From Rhina ancylostomus (Eukaryota): 64,000 nucleotides of DNA. Where the stretch lies: the NCBI GenBank assembly GCA_030265395.1, contig JARFYF010000104.1, positions 27,235,429 through 27,299,428 on the forward strand. The letters run 5' to 3'. This document shows, piece by piece, positions 12,471 through 24,553 of this stretch (position 1 is its first letter; every line of letters starts with the position of its first letter). A program made the position numbers and the translations under genes. The notes beneath the pieces were generated by a model. That model was not told the origin of the DNA. It did not search any database and saw nothing but the letters and a program-made list of their open reading frames with translations.

Positions 12471-12600
12471 TGGCACAGTGATGGAGCTGGTAGAGCCTCT
12501 GCCTCATAGCTCTTGAGACCTGGGTTCAAACCTGACCTTGGGTGCTGTCTGTGTAGAGTTTACGCGTTCTCCCTGTAACCGCATGGGTTTCCCACAGGTG
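12471..12600 (+). mobile_element. V-SINE 5' half
   Basis: tRNA-like head with box A TGGAGCTGGTAG and box B GGTTCAAACC, then V-domain GTCTGTGTAGAGTTTACGCGTTCTCCCTGTAACCGCATGGGTTTCC. Confidence 0.8.
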
Positions 12601-12704
12601 ATGCTCTGGCCAGGACTGGATGGATGAGTATAGAGATATCCTAACCCAGTCTCACTCAGCTGGAAGATAATGGAGAAACAATGAATGAGGATGTTTCTTA
12701 GATT

Positions 12705-13165
12705 TATTCACTTGTTGGATCTAGAAAGGTCAGTATTTATTGCCCATCCTTAATTGCCCTTGATCTGAGTGCTTGTTTGGCCATCTCAGAGAGCACTGGG
12801 AAGTCCCACACAGGTGGGTCTAGAGTTATGTAATTCACCTCCTTTTCAGTTCCAACTAAGGGGTTTCAGCCTGCAACATTAGCTCTGTTCCTCTTCCCAA
12901 AGATGCTGCTTGATCTGCTGAGCATTTTGATTTTAAATTTCCAATATTTTTGATTTTTATTTAGCTCCTCCCTCAGCAGACCTCCTCCCCTGAAGGACAT
13001 TAGTGAACCAGATGACTTTATACATTAATCCAGTAATTTTGTGGTCATCATTACTAATGACTATTTAAAAAAAAGTCCAGATTATTTACTGACTTTCAAT
13101 TCCACAGCTGGTGTGATGGGATTTGAACTCAGATTACTGGATTACTTGTCCCTAATCACTGTGAC
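12705..13165 (-). mobile_element. SINE with LINE-derived tail, interrupted by a decayed Penelope-like fragment (~12840-12960)
   Basis: GTATTTATTGCCCATCCTTAATTGCCCTTGA tail and GATGGGATTTGAACTC reversed box B; second copy at 30570-30915. Confidence 0.55.
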
Positions 13166-13404
13166 CACATCAAGGGTCACAGATCACACCCTAGTGACTC
13201 ACAGAGTTAACCCTTTGCTTCAAGGTGTGCAAGTTCTTGAAGCACTAAGGAGATGGAAATGTTGCAGGGGTAATCTGAGAAATCTGGCATATGTGTAAGA
13301 AGTGATCAGAGTCAGAGATTTATTGTGGCTGTTACTCAAATCATGTAGATTTCTGGGTCAATGTAACTTTTTAGCACACTTTATTCGGTCAGTGGCATAT
13401 TCCC

Positions 13405-13966
13405 TCATAGAACCATGGAGTAATACAGCATGTAAACAGACCCTTCAGCCCAACTGGTCCATGCTGAACAAGATTCCTATCTAAGGTCGTCCCATTTGCT
13501 TGCATTTGTCCTGTATTCCTCTATACCTTTCCTATCCATGTACTTATCCAAATGTCTTTTAAATTATTGATATTTTATATACCTTAGCTATTTACTCTGG
13601 CAGCTCATTCCATTTACCTATCACCTTTTGTGTGAAGAAGTTGCCCCTCAGGTTCCCATGAAATCTTTCACCTCTCACCTTAAACCTATACCTTCTTTAG
13701 ATTTTAGTTCCTTTTCCACAGGAAAAAGACTGTGTGCATTCATCCTATCTGTGCCCTTCATGATTTTATGCACCTCTTTAAGGTCACCCTTCAGTATCCT
13801 ACATTCCAAGGAATAAAGACCTAGCCTGCCCAACCTCTCCCTATAACTCAGACCCTCGAGTCCTGCCAACATTCTCATAAATCTTCTTTGCACTCTTTCC
13901 AGTTTAATGATGTCTTTCCTATAACAGGGTGACCAAAACTGCACAGAATACACCAGGTGCGGCCTC
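13405..13966 (-). mobile_element. CR1 LINE 3' end
   Basis: ORF 13675..13953(-) YSVQFWSPCYRKDIIKLERVQRRFMRMLAGLEGLSYRERLGRLGLYSLE. Confidence 0.92.
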
Positions 13967-16194
13967 TAAGAGGAAGCACATACGCGATCCGATCCTGGCT
14001 TCAATCTATTATGGAGACTTTCCTGGAAGGTTCAGTCCTTCATGTGAACCATTGGCTGCAGTGTGGGAAGCAAAATGGATTCCTGACAATAAAGAAATGT
14101 TACACAAACTCCCCGGACATGTGATTTTTAACTCTGAGAACTCTATTTTCTCATGATCACATAACAAGCCTTATGGTTAGCCCAAGATTCTCCATGCCAT
14201 TTATGCTCTGCGTTCTCAGTGGGAGCCCAGAGGCCACATGAATACAATCTACTTTCTTCCTCACTCACTGAAAGCTTGCTGTCCTCTGAGTTCTTCATTC
14301 CCAGTCACCCTGATTGTCCATGATTCCTTGAGCAGAGACAGTCCCTTTTCTTTGCATGGAGGATATCAGTGACCTGTAGTGAGTTGAGATCTGTGGACTG
14401 TGGAACAGAATGTTGCTACCTTTGGGAATGATCTGAAGACTGAGAAATTTATGGTGAGAGAAATGTTGGCCTCTCCAGAGATGGGTCGACAGCTGTAGAT
14501 CTACCCAGAGAAGGCTGCAGAGCACTATCACCATTTCCAAGACCAATATTGTCTCTGGGCACACTGGCCTTCTCAGCACTGGACAGAGGAATTTGGCTCC
14601 TAAACTTTTGGGGATATCATCTGCAGACATGAGCACTTTTTCCACTCCTTGGGGTCCCAAGTTATCTCCACCCTGCCCCGATAGCTCCAGTGGTGCAGTT
14701 CATCCAGTGGGATCACCACAGAACTATCCATGGCAAAGAGTGACAAGCAACTGGAGAGATGACAATGCACCTCACCCGAAATCAATGTAGTAAATAAGTT
14801 CTGCCTCCACAGTGAACAGGCAGACTCCAGAATGGCTCTTTAATCCAGGCAGTGACAATGGCTAGAGGGTCTGTAAAAGTAGTTCCCTCTCAATGGTTAA
14901 TGATCTTTCTCAAGCAATGGAACTTAGGCCAAAGATCAAAATGAGCAGAGCAGGACACATAATGCCACTTTGGGTATACCCTGATACACCAGTGCACTTT
15001 GCAACCAGAATTGAGGGAATTAGTTTAAAGAATTGCACAATTCTTACAATTTTCAATTCCATCTGTATCACTTAAACATTTCTAGATATTAATCCTCTAT
15101 CATGATGCAAACAGTGAAGGTTTAAAATTCAGGTTAAACCAAACAATAATAATCTCATATACCAAGAATTATAGCCCAATGCAAAGCACATCTGGATCCC
15201 ATCATTCTCCACTGCTGAAGTCAAGGCTAGTGGGCAGCCAAATGTTCTGGCAGCTAGTGTCCAGCGCATCCCACACTTTGCCTTTCACTGTACATGTGTG
15301 GAACACCAAGGTGTGGTGAGGTAAAGGACAATGTGATTCCACTCAGTCTCTGCAAGGCCTTATCCCAATTAAAACCTCACCTTGTTCCTACAAAACATTG
15401 GTGGTGCAATTTGTAGTTCTTTTGAACAGGAATAGAATAGTAGAGAATGGGTTCTGAATTGGAAGACTGTAACCTTAATTTGGAATTCTGAGGATGTAGG
15501 AGCAAATTCTTTAAATCAAAAATTAGGCTTTGAACTGTTTTCTTTTAACTGTTGTTTCAAATATTCATTTAACCTTCGTGCTGTGATTAAATTGCAATGT
15601 GCAATTTTCAATGAGGCAGTTTTCTGATGTTTTCGATTCATGAAGTAAACTATGAAGAGTCATACTGCATGACATTCCTAATCAACCAGCCTGTGACATT
15701 ATTATCAAGTGGATAAATTGCAGTTGATTCCAAGAATAATCTAAGTCTAATATATACATATATTAGAAACAAATTGTATGAGCTCTTTGGAGCTGTAACA
15801 TTGTTGACATACATTCCAGAACAATATGACACAGAGCACATCTGTTGATAAAGCACTGAGAGACTTTATTCTCTGAGGTGCTTCACCTGACATCACATGA
15901 AATATTTATAGTCTATTCACAGTGAAAAAAAGTTCCCCAGTGGAAAAGAGTTTGTGTTGTGGAGACAATTGAGACTGTGACAAGATAAGTGATTGGCAGA
16001 AGGTGGATAGGCAAAGGAATTAAGACATTTCAATGGGGTTTAAAGTGAAACCATTCACTTCATTTGATCAGAGCATCACTGGAATCATAATGGACATGCT
16101 TCCTGTTATAAGTTTAAACATTTTCATTAGGATTTTTCATAGCTATGTGCCATTATTAAGTTCTTTATTGATCATCCACAGAGAACCTTTTAGG

Positions 16195-16310
16195 GTACCT
16201 CAGTGGTAGCATTACTAACTCATGTATCAGAAAGTCATGGGTCCCAGGTTGACTTAATGACCACTTAGCAGTGAAGAGGGAATGCTGTTTCGTTGAGGTG
16301 CTGAGATCAA
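16195..16310 (+). mobile_element. Deu-domain SINE 5' fragment
   Basis: CTCAGTGGTAGCATT...TCAGAAAGTCATGGG head and GAGGGAATGCTG...GAGGTGCT segment. Confidence 0.45.
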
Positions 16311-16462
16311 GTTTCCAATTCTGACACAAACCACACCAGCTTAATAACTATCATTTCTTCCCTTAAGTATCCCCCAAACAACAATTCAATATTGCCAAAT
16401 ACAATGTAAGCAAACAGCCTGTGAAATCAGCAAGCATATTAAAACAGGATTTTTTAAAATAA

Positions 16463-16742
16463 TGTGGCGACTCGCTGGTATTGAACCGGCTCCCAAGATC
16501 ACGAGCGTTGTCGGAGGCCCCGACCCAAGATGGCACAAGGCCCTCCTTCTTCTACATTGTTGGGCTAGGAAAGCCGGCGCGCAGGAAGGTCAGGTGACCT
16601 GCACGTGATGTCAGCGCGGGTCTGAAGTGCGGGACGAGTTTTAGTATTAAAGGTGCACTGTGCCCCTGTTGTTCATTCGACTTTTGACTCAAAGCAACCG
16701 ACTCCTGGTCTTTATTCAATAGTAGTGTAGCTAGCCACTACA
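16463..16742. mobile_element. Solo LTR (Gypsy- or ERV-type), 280 bp
   Basis: Begins TGTGGCG, ends CACTACA, flanked by the 4-bp direct repeat ATAA (16459-16462 and 16743-16746); GC- and CpG-rich against AT-rich flanks. Confidence 0.8.
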
Positions 16743-17461
16743 ATAAACTATTTTGTGAAAAATATTACATGATAGATTTAAGAATGATAATATGATAATG
16801 TTCGATTCTTACAGTAAAAAAATATTTATCACATTTTAAAAAGCATCATAAACCATTATGTTAACCCACTAACTTAGAGTAACCCAATTTCAAGTGACTG
16901 AAAATGACTATTTTTTAAATAAGTCTTCTCATTCCTTAAAAAAAACAAACCCTTTCAAAATCTGTCATTAATGTCCACATGCACAAAAGGTCCAAACTTT
17001 TTGGTACATTATAGAAGTTCTACAAATGAATGTACTTATTGGAAACATCTGATAGTGATTAATTCACCCTGGTGCTATGGTCAATTTTGACGGCTTATAA
17101 TGCAAGATTTTTATAATTAGTGTGAAAGATTGAGAACTCAATTTGCCCTGACTCCAATTTTTGTTAAAATTCCACAGTTTTTAGCACTGATTATTCCTTA
17201 TTGGTAAAGTTCCATGTGAACAATCAAAAAAAACTATTCAAAGAAAAGCATGGTCATTGAGTTTCCTGGATTAATATTTAACTTTTACCAATATTGTAAA
17301 AAAATTTCAACAGTAATTTTTAAATATCTCCACATTTGTCAGATTTTCCTCCACAACAATTGCTTTTTACCCATAGTAAATTCATTTCAGAAATAGACTT
17401 TTTATCCTTGAAGCACTTTGAAACAGCCTGGAGTCACGAAAGTGGTGTATAAATGCAATTT

Positions 17462-17925
17462 CAAAGTCAAGGTTGAGTTTATTGACATATGCACAAGTAC
17501 ATGTATGTATATGTATGCAATGTAAAACTTACTTGTAGCAACATCACAGGCACATAACATCAGAGACATAACATTCACAAGAAAAACATAAACATAAATT
17601 ATGCAAAATTATATAAGAAAGAGCGCAATTAGAACAAAATAATGTCCATTGTAGTCCATTCGGTGGCATAGTAGCGTAGCAGTTAGTGTAACACTATTAC
17701 AGCACCAGTGATCAGGGTTCAATACCTGCCACTGTCTATAAGGAGTTTGTACGTTCTCCCCATGACTGTGTGGGTTTCCTCTGGATGCTCCGGTCTCCTC
17801 CCACATCCCAAAGACTTACAGGTTAGTAGATTAACATGGGTGTAACTGAGCAGTGTGGGCTCGTTAGGCCAGAAGGTCCTGTACCATGCTGTATAAATTA
17901 AATTTTAAAGTTTTAGTGCAATGAT
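17462..17925 (-). mobile_element. Rex/Babar-like 3' tail split by a V-SINE
   Basis: Matches the 10238 copy up to ~17650 and resumes at TTTTAGTGCAA (~17911). Confidence 0.6.
17661..17905 (+). mobile_element. V-SINE, near full length
   Basis: Head GGCATAGTAGCGTAGCAGTTAG...GGGTTCAATACC; V-domain GGAGTTTGTACGTTCTCCCCATGACTGTGTGGGTTTCCTC; CR1-like tail GGCCAGAAGGTCCTG. Confidence 0.85.
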
Positions 17926-19784
17926 TTAGTGAAAAGTCCTTTACTTTTTGACTGAAAAATCACTGCTAGAAACATTGACTGTCACGGAGGACAGCAAAAT
18001 GTGTTGACTGCTTCTGGTGGTGTTGTTGAGTCTAATAATGAGCAAAGATACAATAATCACAGTTACTTGGATGCCAGTAATGAGGAAGACCATGGTCTAG
18101 ACATAGGAAAGCTGATCAATAAGCCATTGAGGACAATCTTGTGTCTGGGTGAAAGTAGGCTGCATCTCCATGGATGTGTTGTTTGGGGTCAACAGACTAA
18201 TAGGGTGCCCAAAGTTAGTAAAAGGGATTTCAAAGCCTTCAGCAGTAATTGTGGGAAGTGAGGAATAGAGCTGGCAACAGAACAAATGTCAACATGTGGA
18301 AAGGGTATGTGCCCCCAAGATGTTCAGTGATTTTATCAGCTTGACTGTAGATGCCAGCATGATAAACAAGGCAACAGTACTATCGCCCATCCTACATTAT
18401 CAGCCCAGGACACTTACAGTTGGGGTACTTGTGGCAGACTCTGTCCTTCCAAAACGGGTTTACTTGCCTATTGATGGAGATGTAGTATAGTTATGTGGCC
18501 TCAATTAAGTTTGAAAGGTGCATTTCCATAATCTCACTGTGATGGANNNNNNNNNNNNNNNNNNNNNNNNNNNNNNNNNNNNNNNNNNNNNNNNNNNNNN
18601 NNNNNNNNNNNNNNNNNNNNNNNNNNNNNNNNNNNNNNNNNNNNNNGATGCCAAACTCTTACCCAAGAGAATAATTCTGTGCAAAATCATTGGTATGCAC
18701 TATTACTTGCTTTCCTGTAGCCATAGGTCAACAGTGAACATCTAATGTAAAATACTTGATATCATTTGACATAATTTATCTCCTGCTACATAACAATGGT
18801 GACATTATATTTATGTTATGGAATCCTTCTTGACACAAGCATAAAATGGGGAAAGATTCATCAGAACTGATAAAAAAGGAATGCAAAAGAAGTAAAAACC
18901 TTTACATTTTTATTTTGTTTTCAGCTGTTCGTATTCAGCATGCCAATTAATCCCAGAACTGGTGCCAACAGCACAAATGTATTAATAGAATGTTGTCTGA
19001 AGTATTTATTTAAAACTCAGATAGCTAAGATAAAACAATACTTTGATGGAACTTTGGAAGATTTTTTTTGTTCCATCAGGACAGTAATTAATTCACACCT
19101 TCCCCCCTGTCTTCCATTTAATTATTGGTATGAGTGGGATGGGAAACTATTATGATGAGACTTGAAATACAATCTAATTGCATGGTCCCACCCTTTAAGT
19201 GTTTCACAGCAAATCAATCTTTTTCTCTGTTAAATAGATCAAAGTATTTTGAATTGCTTTGATTATTAGCAGTTCCACATCCAAAAGAATAATGAAATTT
19301 TGTTGATTAAAAGAGAGCAATATGTCATCAGTGTAGACTTGATGGGCTGAAGGGTCCCATTCCATGCTGTATGATCAATGACACTATGACTTTAGAACTG
19401 AGGGTTCAAAATGACTTGGCCATCATGTTTAACCATTACCCAAATCCCTAGATTAATTACTGTTGAGTAATGCCTCTTTAGATACATTTTGTTATTTACT
19501 AGTGTATGAAAGGTAAATAAATAATTTGGAATATCATTCTAATATATGCAATATATAGTAATCAATACGTGTTGTGCCATAGCATTACTCAGTGGTGATC
19601 TCATTGGAAGTCTATTAATTCTATTAACAATCAGGGGTGGGGGGAATTGAGCAGGAATGAATTCTACCGGTTATGTTAACCATGAATGAGATACGATGGC
19701 CTCACCAAAGAGGAGCGAGGTAGATCAGAATATGAACTAGTGAGTGCTGAGCTGTGAAATATGATGTTATGTACAATCTGCATT

Positions 19785-21010
19785 ACCCCAGGGTCTGAAT
19801 AAGATGCATACAAGGATCTTTGAGGGAATTAGGTAGGAATTGCTGGAGCTCTGCCACAAACTTCCCAATAATCAGTGAATAACAGGAAATGCCCGTGGAC
19901 TAGGAAAAGGCAGATGTTATTTCTACTTTAAAAGGACTAGGAAAAGTGTTCCAGGGAAACTGTACACCATTGAATTTTCCATGGATATAGCTACAATATT
20001 ATGGAAACCCCTATTATTGGTAAACAAGATCCTAACATTATAATAAATAAACATTCTGTATTTGTGAATATAAGTCTTACCTGTGTTAACTTCCTGTTTT
20101 CCTTTGAACATGTAATGAGGAAGTCTTTATGGTGCAGTTGGAATCTGTCAGAGTTTTTGATCTAGTTCTGGAAAATCTGGCATCCAAAATAAAAGAAAGA
20201 GCAGTGGAAATATTTTACAACAAATATATAACTACTTCATCAATAGACATGGATCATGATGGTAGTCCAGGGAATATCATCTGTCTTTACTGGGATCTGT
20301 TTTGCTCCAATATTCTCAAAATGATCTGGAACTAAGAGTCACAAGCTTAGTGGCTAAATCTGCAGATATTATGTAGCTGATGATGGGTTTGGACTGCAAA
20401 CCTGAACAGGATAAGCTACAGAAGGATTTGAATAAACCTGGGAATTGGGCAGACAGATGGCAGATGAAATTCAACACAGACAAATGCAAAGTGCCTCACT
20501 CAGGGACAATGTTTCGCAGAACTGGCTTGCTAATAGAAAGAAAGCAAAGGGAAGATGTACAGAGATCCAAAATGGAAATAAATAATATCTGTCAGAAAAA
20601 ATCTTAGCAGTGATGTAAAACAAATTAGATGCTGGATGTATTAAAAAAGTCAACGTTGGTGCGATAATTGAAGTAATTCTGGCACTTGGTAAATTATTAG
20701 TGTGACCACGCTTAGAACATTGTACAGAGTTCTGATTGGCACAGTGTAATAAAAATTGCAGCTTTTGATGACAAACAGAAAGGAGAAGCCTGAATGATTG
20801 TTTATGAATTTGGGCATTTTGTTGCCGGGGAAAGTATGTCTGAAGTTCAATGTAGTTGTTGTTCCTTTAGATACTGGGGAAATAGATAATGACAGACTGC
20901 CTCACCTTGTTCAGAAGAGTGGGAACATAGATTGAAGGAAATCTGTGCTAATGCCAGTGAGTGAGTGGCCAGTCTGTCCAATAGATAGTGGGAGCTGTAG
21001 GCATCCATTC
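19785..21010 (+). mobile_element. Old CR1 LINE RT fragments
   Basis: ORF 20380..20607 LQKDLNKPGNWADRWQMKFNTDKCKV; PG..MH.RI and PGN motifs near 19790-19970. Confidence 0.75.
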
Positions 21011-24008
21011 CTTCAAACATGAACCATCTTGATTTTTATTCCAGGAAATAATATTTTGGCCTATAGTATATAATTAACGAGTGAAGCCCTGTGAGAAGTG
21101 TGGCACATTTGGGAGGACTAGATGACTTTGGCACTCCACCACTGGTTCCTCATTTCGTGTGGACTAATTGATGGCGATTGTTTAAGATGGTTGCCCCACA
21201 ACTCCAGCATTATATCCTGCATTTGTCAAAGTAGTCCAGGGAAACCAGATGATTTTTTTTTTGTCCAACAGAAGTGATAAGATTCTTGGCAGAGAACATA
21301 CTATTTTTTCACCATTGTTTTAAATCACCATTGCTTCTGAGTCGCTGACCACTTATAAAAGCAGAAAACACCCTGATGCAATAGAATAATTTGTAGTAAG
21401 AAACAGAAAGACATGAGATGGGGCACATTGTTTTTAACGTCTCTTCCTACCTGACTTCATAACCACCGATTCCCCTTGTGCGCCAAAAATCCATCTGTCT
21501 CACCCTTGAAAAACCGAATGCCTCATTGACAGAATGTTTGAATTAATATACGATTACTGATATTATAATATTAGTTAAATTATTTCAAATTATGGACCTG
21601 TGTCTTTAAATATACCTGTGTCTGTCCAAAACAGCATTATCTTCCAAATGTCATCAATTCAAATAGTATTGTTAAGTCCAGAATTAGAATATCTGCAGTT
21701 CCTTAACCGTTTACCGATAATCAAGACCGCCTATCATAGCCTTCAGTACTAATTTCCATCCCGAAACCCAGAAACCCACCTTATCGTCCTGCAGCGCTGG
21801 CCCGGGTCAATGAGTTTAATGTTCGAATATCACCAACCTAGTAAGCGTTATGTTAAATCAAAGTTCTTGGCAGTGCTCAAGACTTATTTCAAACAAAAAA
21901 GGGAAAGTTAAACTTTCCTTTACTATATCCTTTATTTCAGAGACTTAACATTCCCTGCTGAAGTTTCGCGGTGTTCTATAGGCACACTGGTCCTTGTTAG
22001 AATCGAAAGGCTTTGCCTTTGAATGAATTATTGAACAATGCGAGCCACTTCCAACCAATAAGTGTTAGCTTTCAACGTGTGAACTATCAGGTTTGATTTT
22101 CTTGTGTGTAAAGTAGAGGTCTTTTGGGAACTGACCTTCGCTGTCACGCCCTCAGAATACAAATAAGAATGTGCACCCTTGTACGACGGAGACAGCGTCA
22201 ATTAAGAGAATTCACCAGAGGTACCTGCCTCTGTGTTCGGGGCCACAGTTATGCAGTCATTACATCACGCGAATCCCTGCACTGCATCAGTATTTTGTAA
22301 CTCCTTTTAACCCGTTCGTTGTTCAATAAATGTAGCAAACAACCAAAAAAAAAATGTGCCCAAGAAATGTCTGAAACGGTAACGTGAACCGCTGACGCAC
22401 AACTCAGTTGTGAAGGATCTTAAAAAAAATGAGGGAACGTCGCCGCAGTAACAAGCTGTGTAACTGTAACCAGCTTCTCTACACGTCCCATCCCATGACA
22501 CCACTGAATAAGTTTATAACTTTTCATCTGCCATCTCATCAATAATTCTGTTTACCGTGTCTGTTTTGCTGCACAATTCTGTTCGCCGCAGGAAGGCGAA
22601 GGATTGATTATAACACCCGCCGCTGCTGTGTGTTGTGACATCAGTATTTAGTTGTAAAAGATTTGAGCAATTTGCCAATGAATGTATTGAAACTGGCCCT
22701 GTTGTCCGTGCAAGTTCAACTTTACAGGTCGGAGCAGACGGGTTTGAAGCATATTTCAGCGGAGCGGGCGGTTGAAGCTTCCCTCTGTAAAGCGGAATCA
22801 GCAGAGATTTGGGAATGCAGACAGCTCCTGACAAGAGGGGTGAACAGCAAACGGACCACTTCAGACATTCGGCATAGGTGCTGCTTTAAAAGTCTGTCAG
22901 CTCAAAGGCTTATGGCTAGGAGCAGAAGCTGAAGAAGTTGCCGTGTTTGGTGAAAGGGGATGTAGGAAGTGAGATCTGGCTGGCTGAACCGATTTAATAT
23001 TGCAGGGAGGGGTGAGGTGGGAAGAGAGGGTTCAACATTCACAGCTCGTGAAAAGGGAATTTCAACAAGTCAGCCTGAAAAAATACATTAAAAAGAATTT
23101 AATCAAATGATAGACAGTTAAAATATAGGCATTCAATTTACGTGATATTAACGGCAGGAAAATGAATTTCTGAGGAAATAACCACGGTACATGGAGCACA
23201 CGGCAAAATTATTTGTCTGCCAGAACCCACTTCGGATTCTGTGCTGTTTCCAGTTGCTGATCATTTAAGCATGATGTCACCAGAGTGACATGTTGATGTC
23301 GAGGGTAAAACACTGTGGAACCAGTTCCAAAATGTTACAAAAATACGGTGGTCCCGAGCGCGGGGAGACGCACAAGTTCCGACAGTGAAAGGGAAGGCGA
23401 ATCCCCACATCAGCGGGCACTGCCTGTCCTCTCTGGACGTGTTCACGTGGACCTGGCCCATTATATAATTCCCTGTCCTATACATGTGATCCCGGGGTGT
23501 TGGGGAGCACACCCCGCAGTGCCAATCCGTGGCCACGGCCGGGGTGCCGGGTAACGCAAACACTCGGAGGGAGGGAGGGAAGGAGAGTGTGGAATCTCTC
23601 CCGGCGCCCTGAGCCAGCAGCTCCGCAGGGCCGGAGCGCGGCTGCCGCAGCAAGTGCTCTCCCAACTTCTGCCTGGCTGTGCCGGGGTGATTGACAGGCC
23701 CGTGCACCGCCTGGGTTTACTGCTCCCTCCTCCCCACCCCCTCCCACCCGCTCCCCGCTCCCCATGGTGTGTGTGTAAGAGAAAGAGATAGAGTGCAGTG
23801 GCTCCGTCTCCCTTGTTCACTTACAGGGAGCAGCGTTGAGGGGAATCGGACAGTCAGGGCGAGGATGTGGGGTTGGTGCAGAGTCTAGAACCAGTTACCC
23901 TCTCCCTCCCTCTCCCCCATCTGTCTCCAACCTCTGCTCCCTGCATCTCCCCAACTCCGTGTGTGTGCGTGTGCGCGCTGTACAGTCGCACCTCCCTCCC
24001 TGTGTGAA

Positions 24009-24010
<2 letters not shown>

Positions 24011-24050
<40 letters not shown>
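24011..24050 (+). repeat. (TG)20 microsatellite
   Basis: Direct reading, ~150 bp upstream of the ATG. Confidence 0.97.
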
Positions 24051-24051
<1 letters not shown>

Positions 24052-24202
24052 TGCACAGTCTGCACCTCCCTCTCTCCCCTCCCTTCCTCTCACACCCCGA
24101 GGTACCAGCCTCCCCCCTCCCCCTGGGCCACTGCTACACTGTCAGGAGCTCTCAGACGCCGAGTGCTGGTCGCGCACTCTCTCCTCCGGCCGGGGCCGAG
24201 CC

Positions 24203-24329
24203 ATGGAGCGGCGGCGGAGCGCGGCCGCCCTCCTCCCGGTGGCGCTTCTCTGCCGGACCTACCCCTACTTCTGCTGCCTGGTCTGCTGGATGCTGGAGGG
24301 GTGCAGCGGGGCCGCGGGACACAACCAAG
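24203..24329 (+). CDS. EPHA5: EphA5-like receptor coding exon 1 (signal peptide MERRRSAAALLPVALLCRTYPYFCCLVCWMLEGCSGAAGHNQ)
   Basis: Strong Kozak GAGCCATGG in the CpG island; 42 codons + 1 nt, then CAAG|GTAAGT; the phase-1 G joins TT of exon 2 to give Val of NQ-VNLLDS. Confidence 0.85.
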
Positions 24330-24472
24330 GTAAGTCCAGGCTCAGACCCTGGCCGAGCTCTCTGCCAGCGAGAGGGGTGCGGGAAACAGCCCGGTCTGGT
24401 CCCAGGAGCACCTCCGGCAGCCCGGAGACCCGCAGCTTACAGTCCGACCCACGTCTTGGACCCTCTCTATCT

Positions 24473-24553
24473 CACCTACCGACCCCAGCCCACACCCCTG
24501 ACTCTCTGCACCCCACCTACCGACCCCAGCCCACACCCCTCACCCTCTGCACC
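24473..24553 (+). repeat. Two-copy 41-bp tandem duplication at the start of intron 1
   Basis: CACCTACCGACCCCAGCCCACACCCCT(G/C)AC(T/C)CTCTGCACC at 24473 and 24514. Confidence 0.9.

Noticed and set aside
12471-12545. tRNA genes (also near 17661 and 53930)
   Set aside because: Box A/B heads run directly into the V-SINE core; these are SINE heads, not cloverleaf tRNAs
14200-14870. Cluster of short ORFs (similar case at 57950-58720)
   Set aside because: No recognisable domain or splice structure; probably very old LINE debris, family not assignable by eye
18230-18490. Possible RTE reverse transcriptase remnant (KQG..VLSPIL-like)
   Set aside because: Too degenerate to call without an alignment
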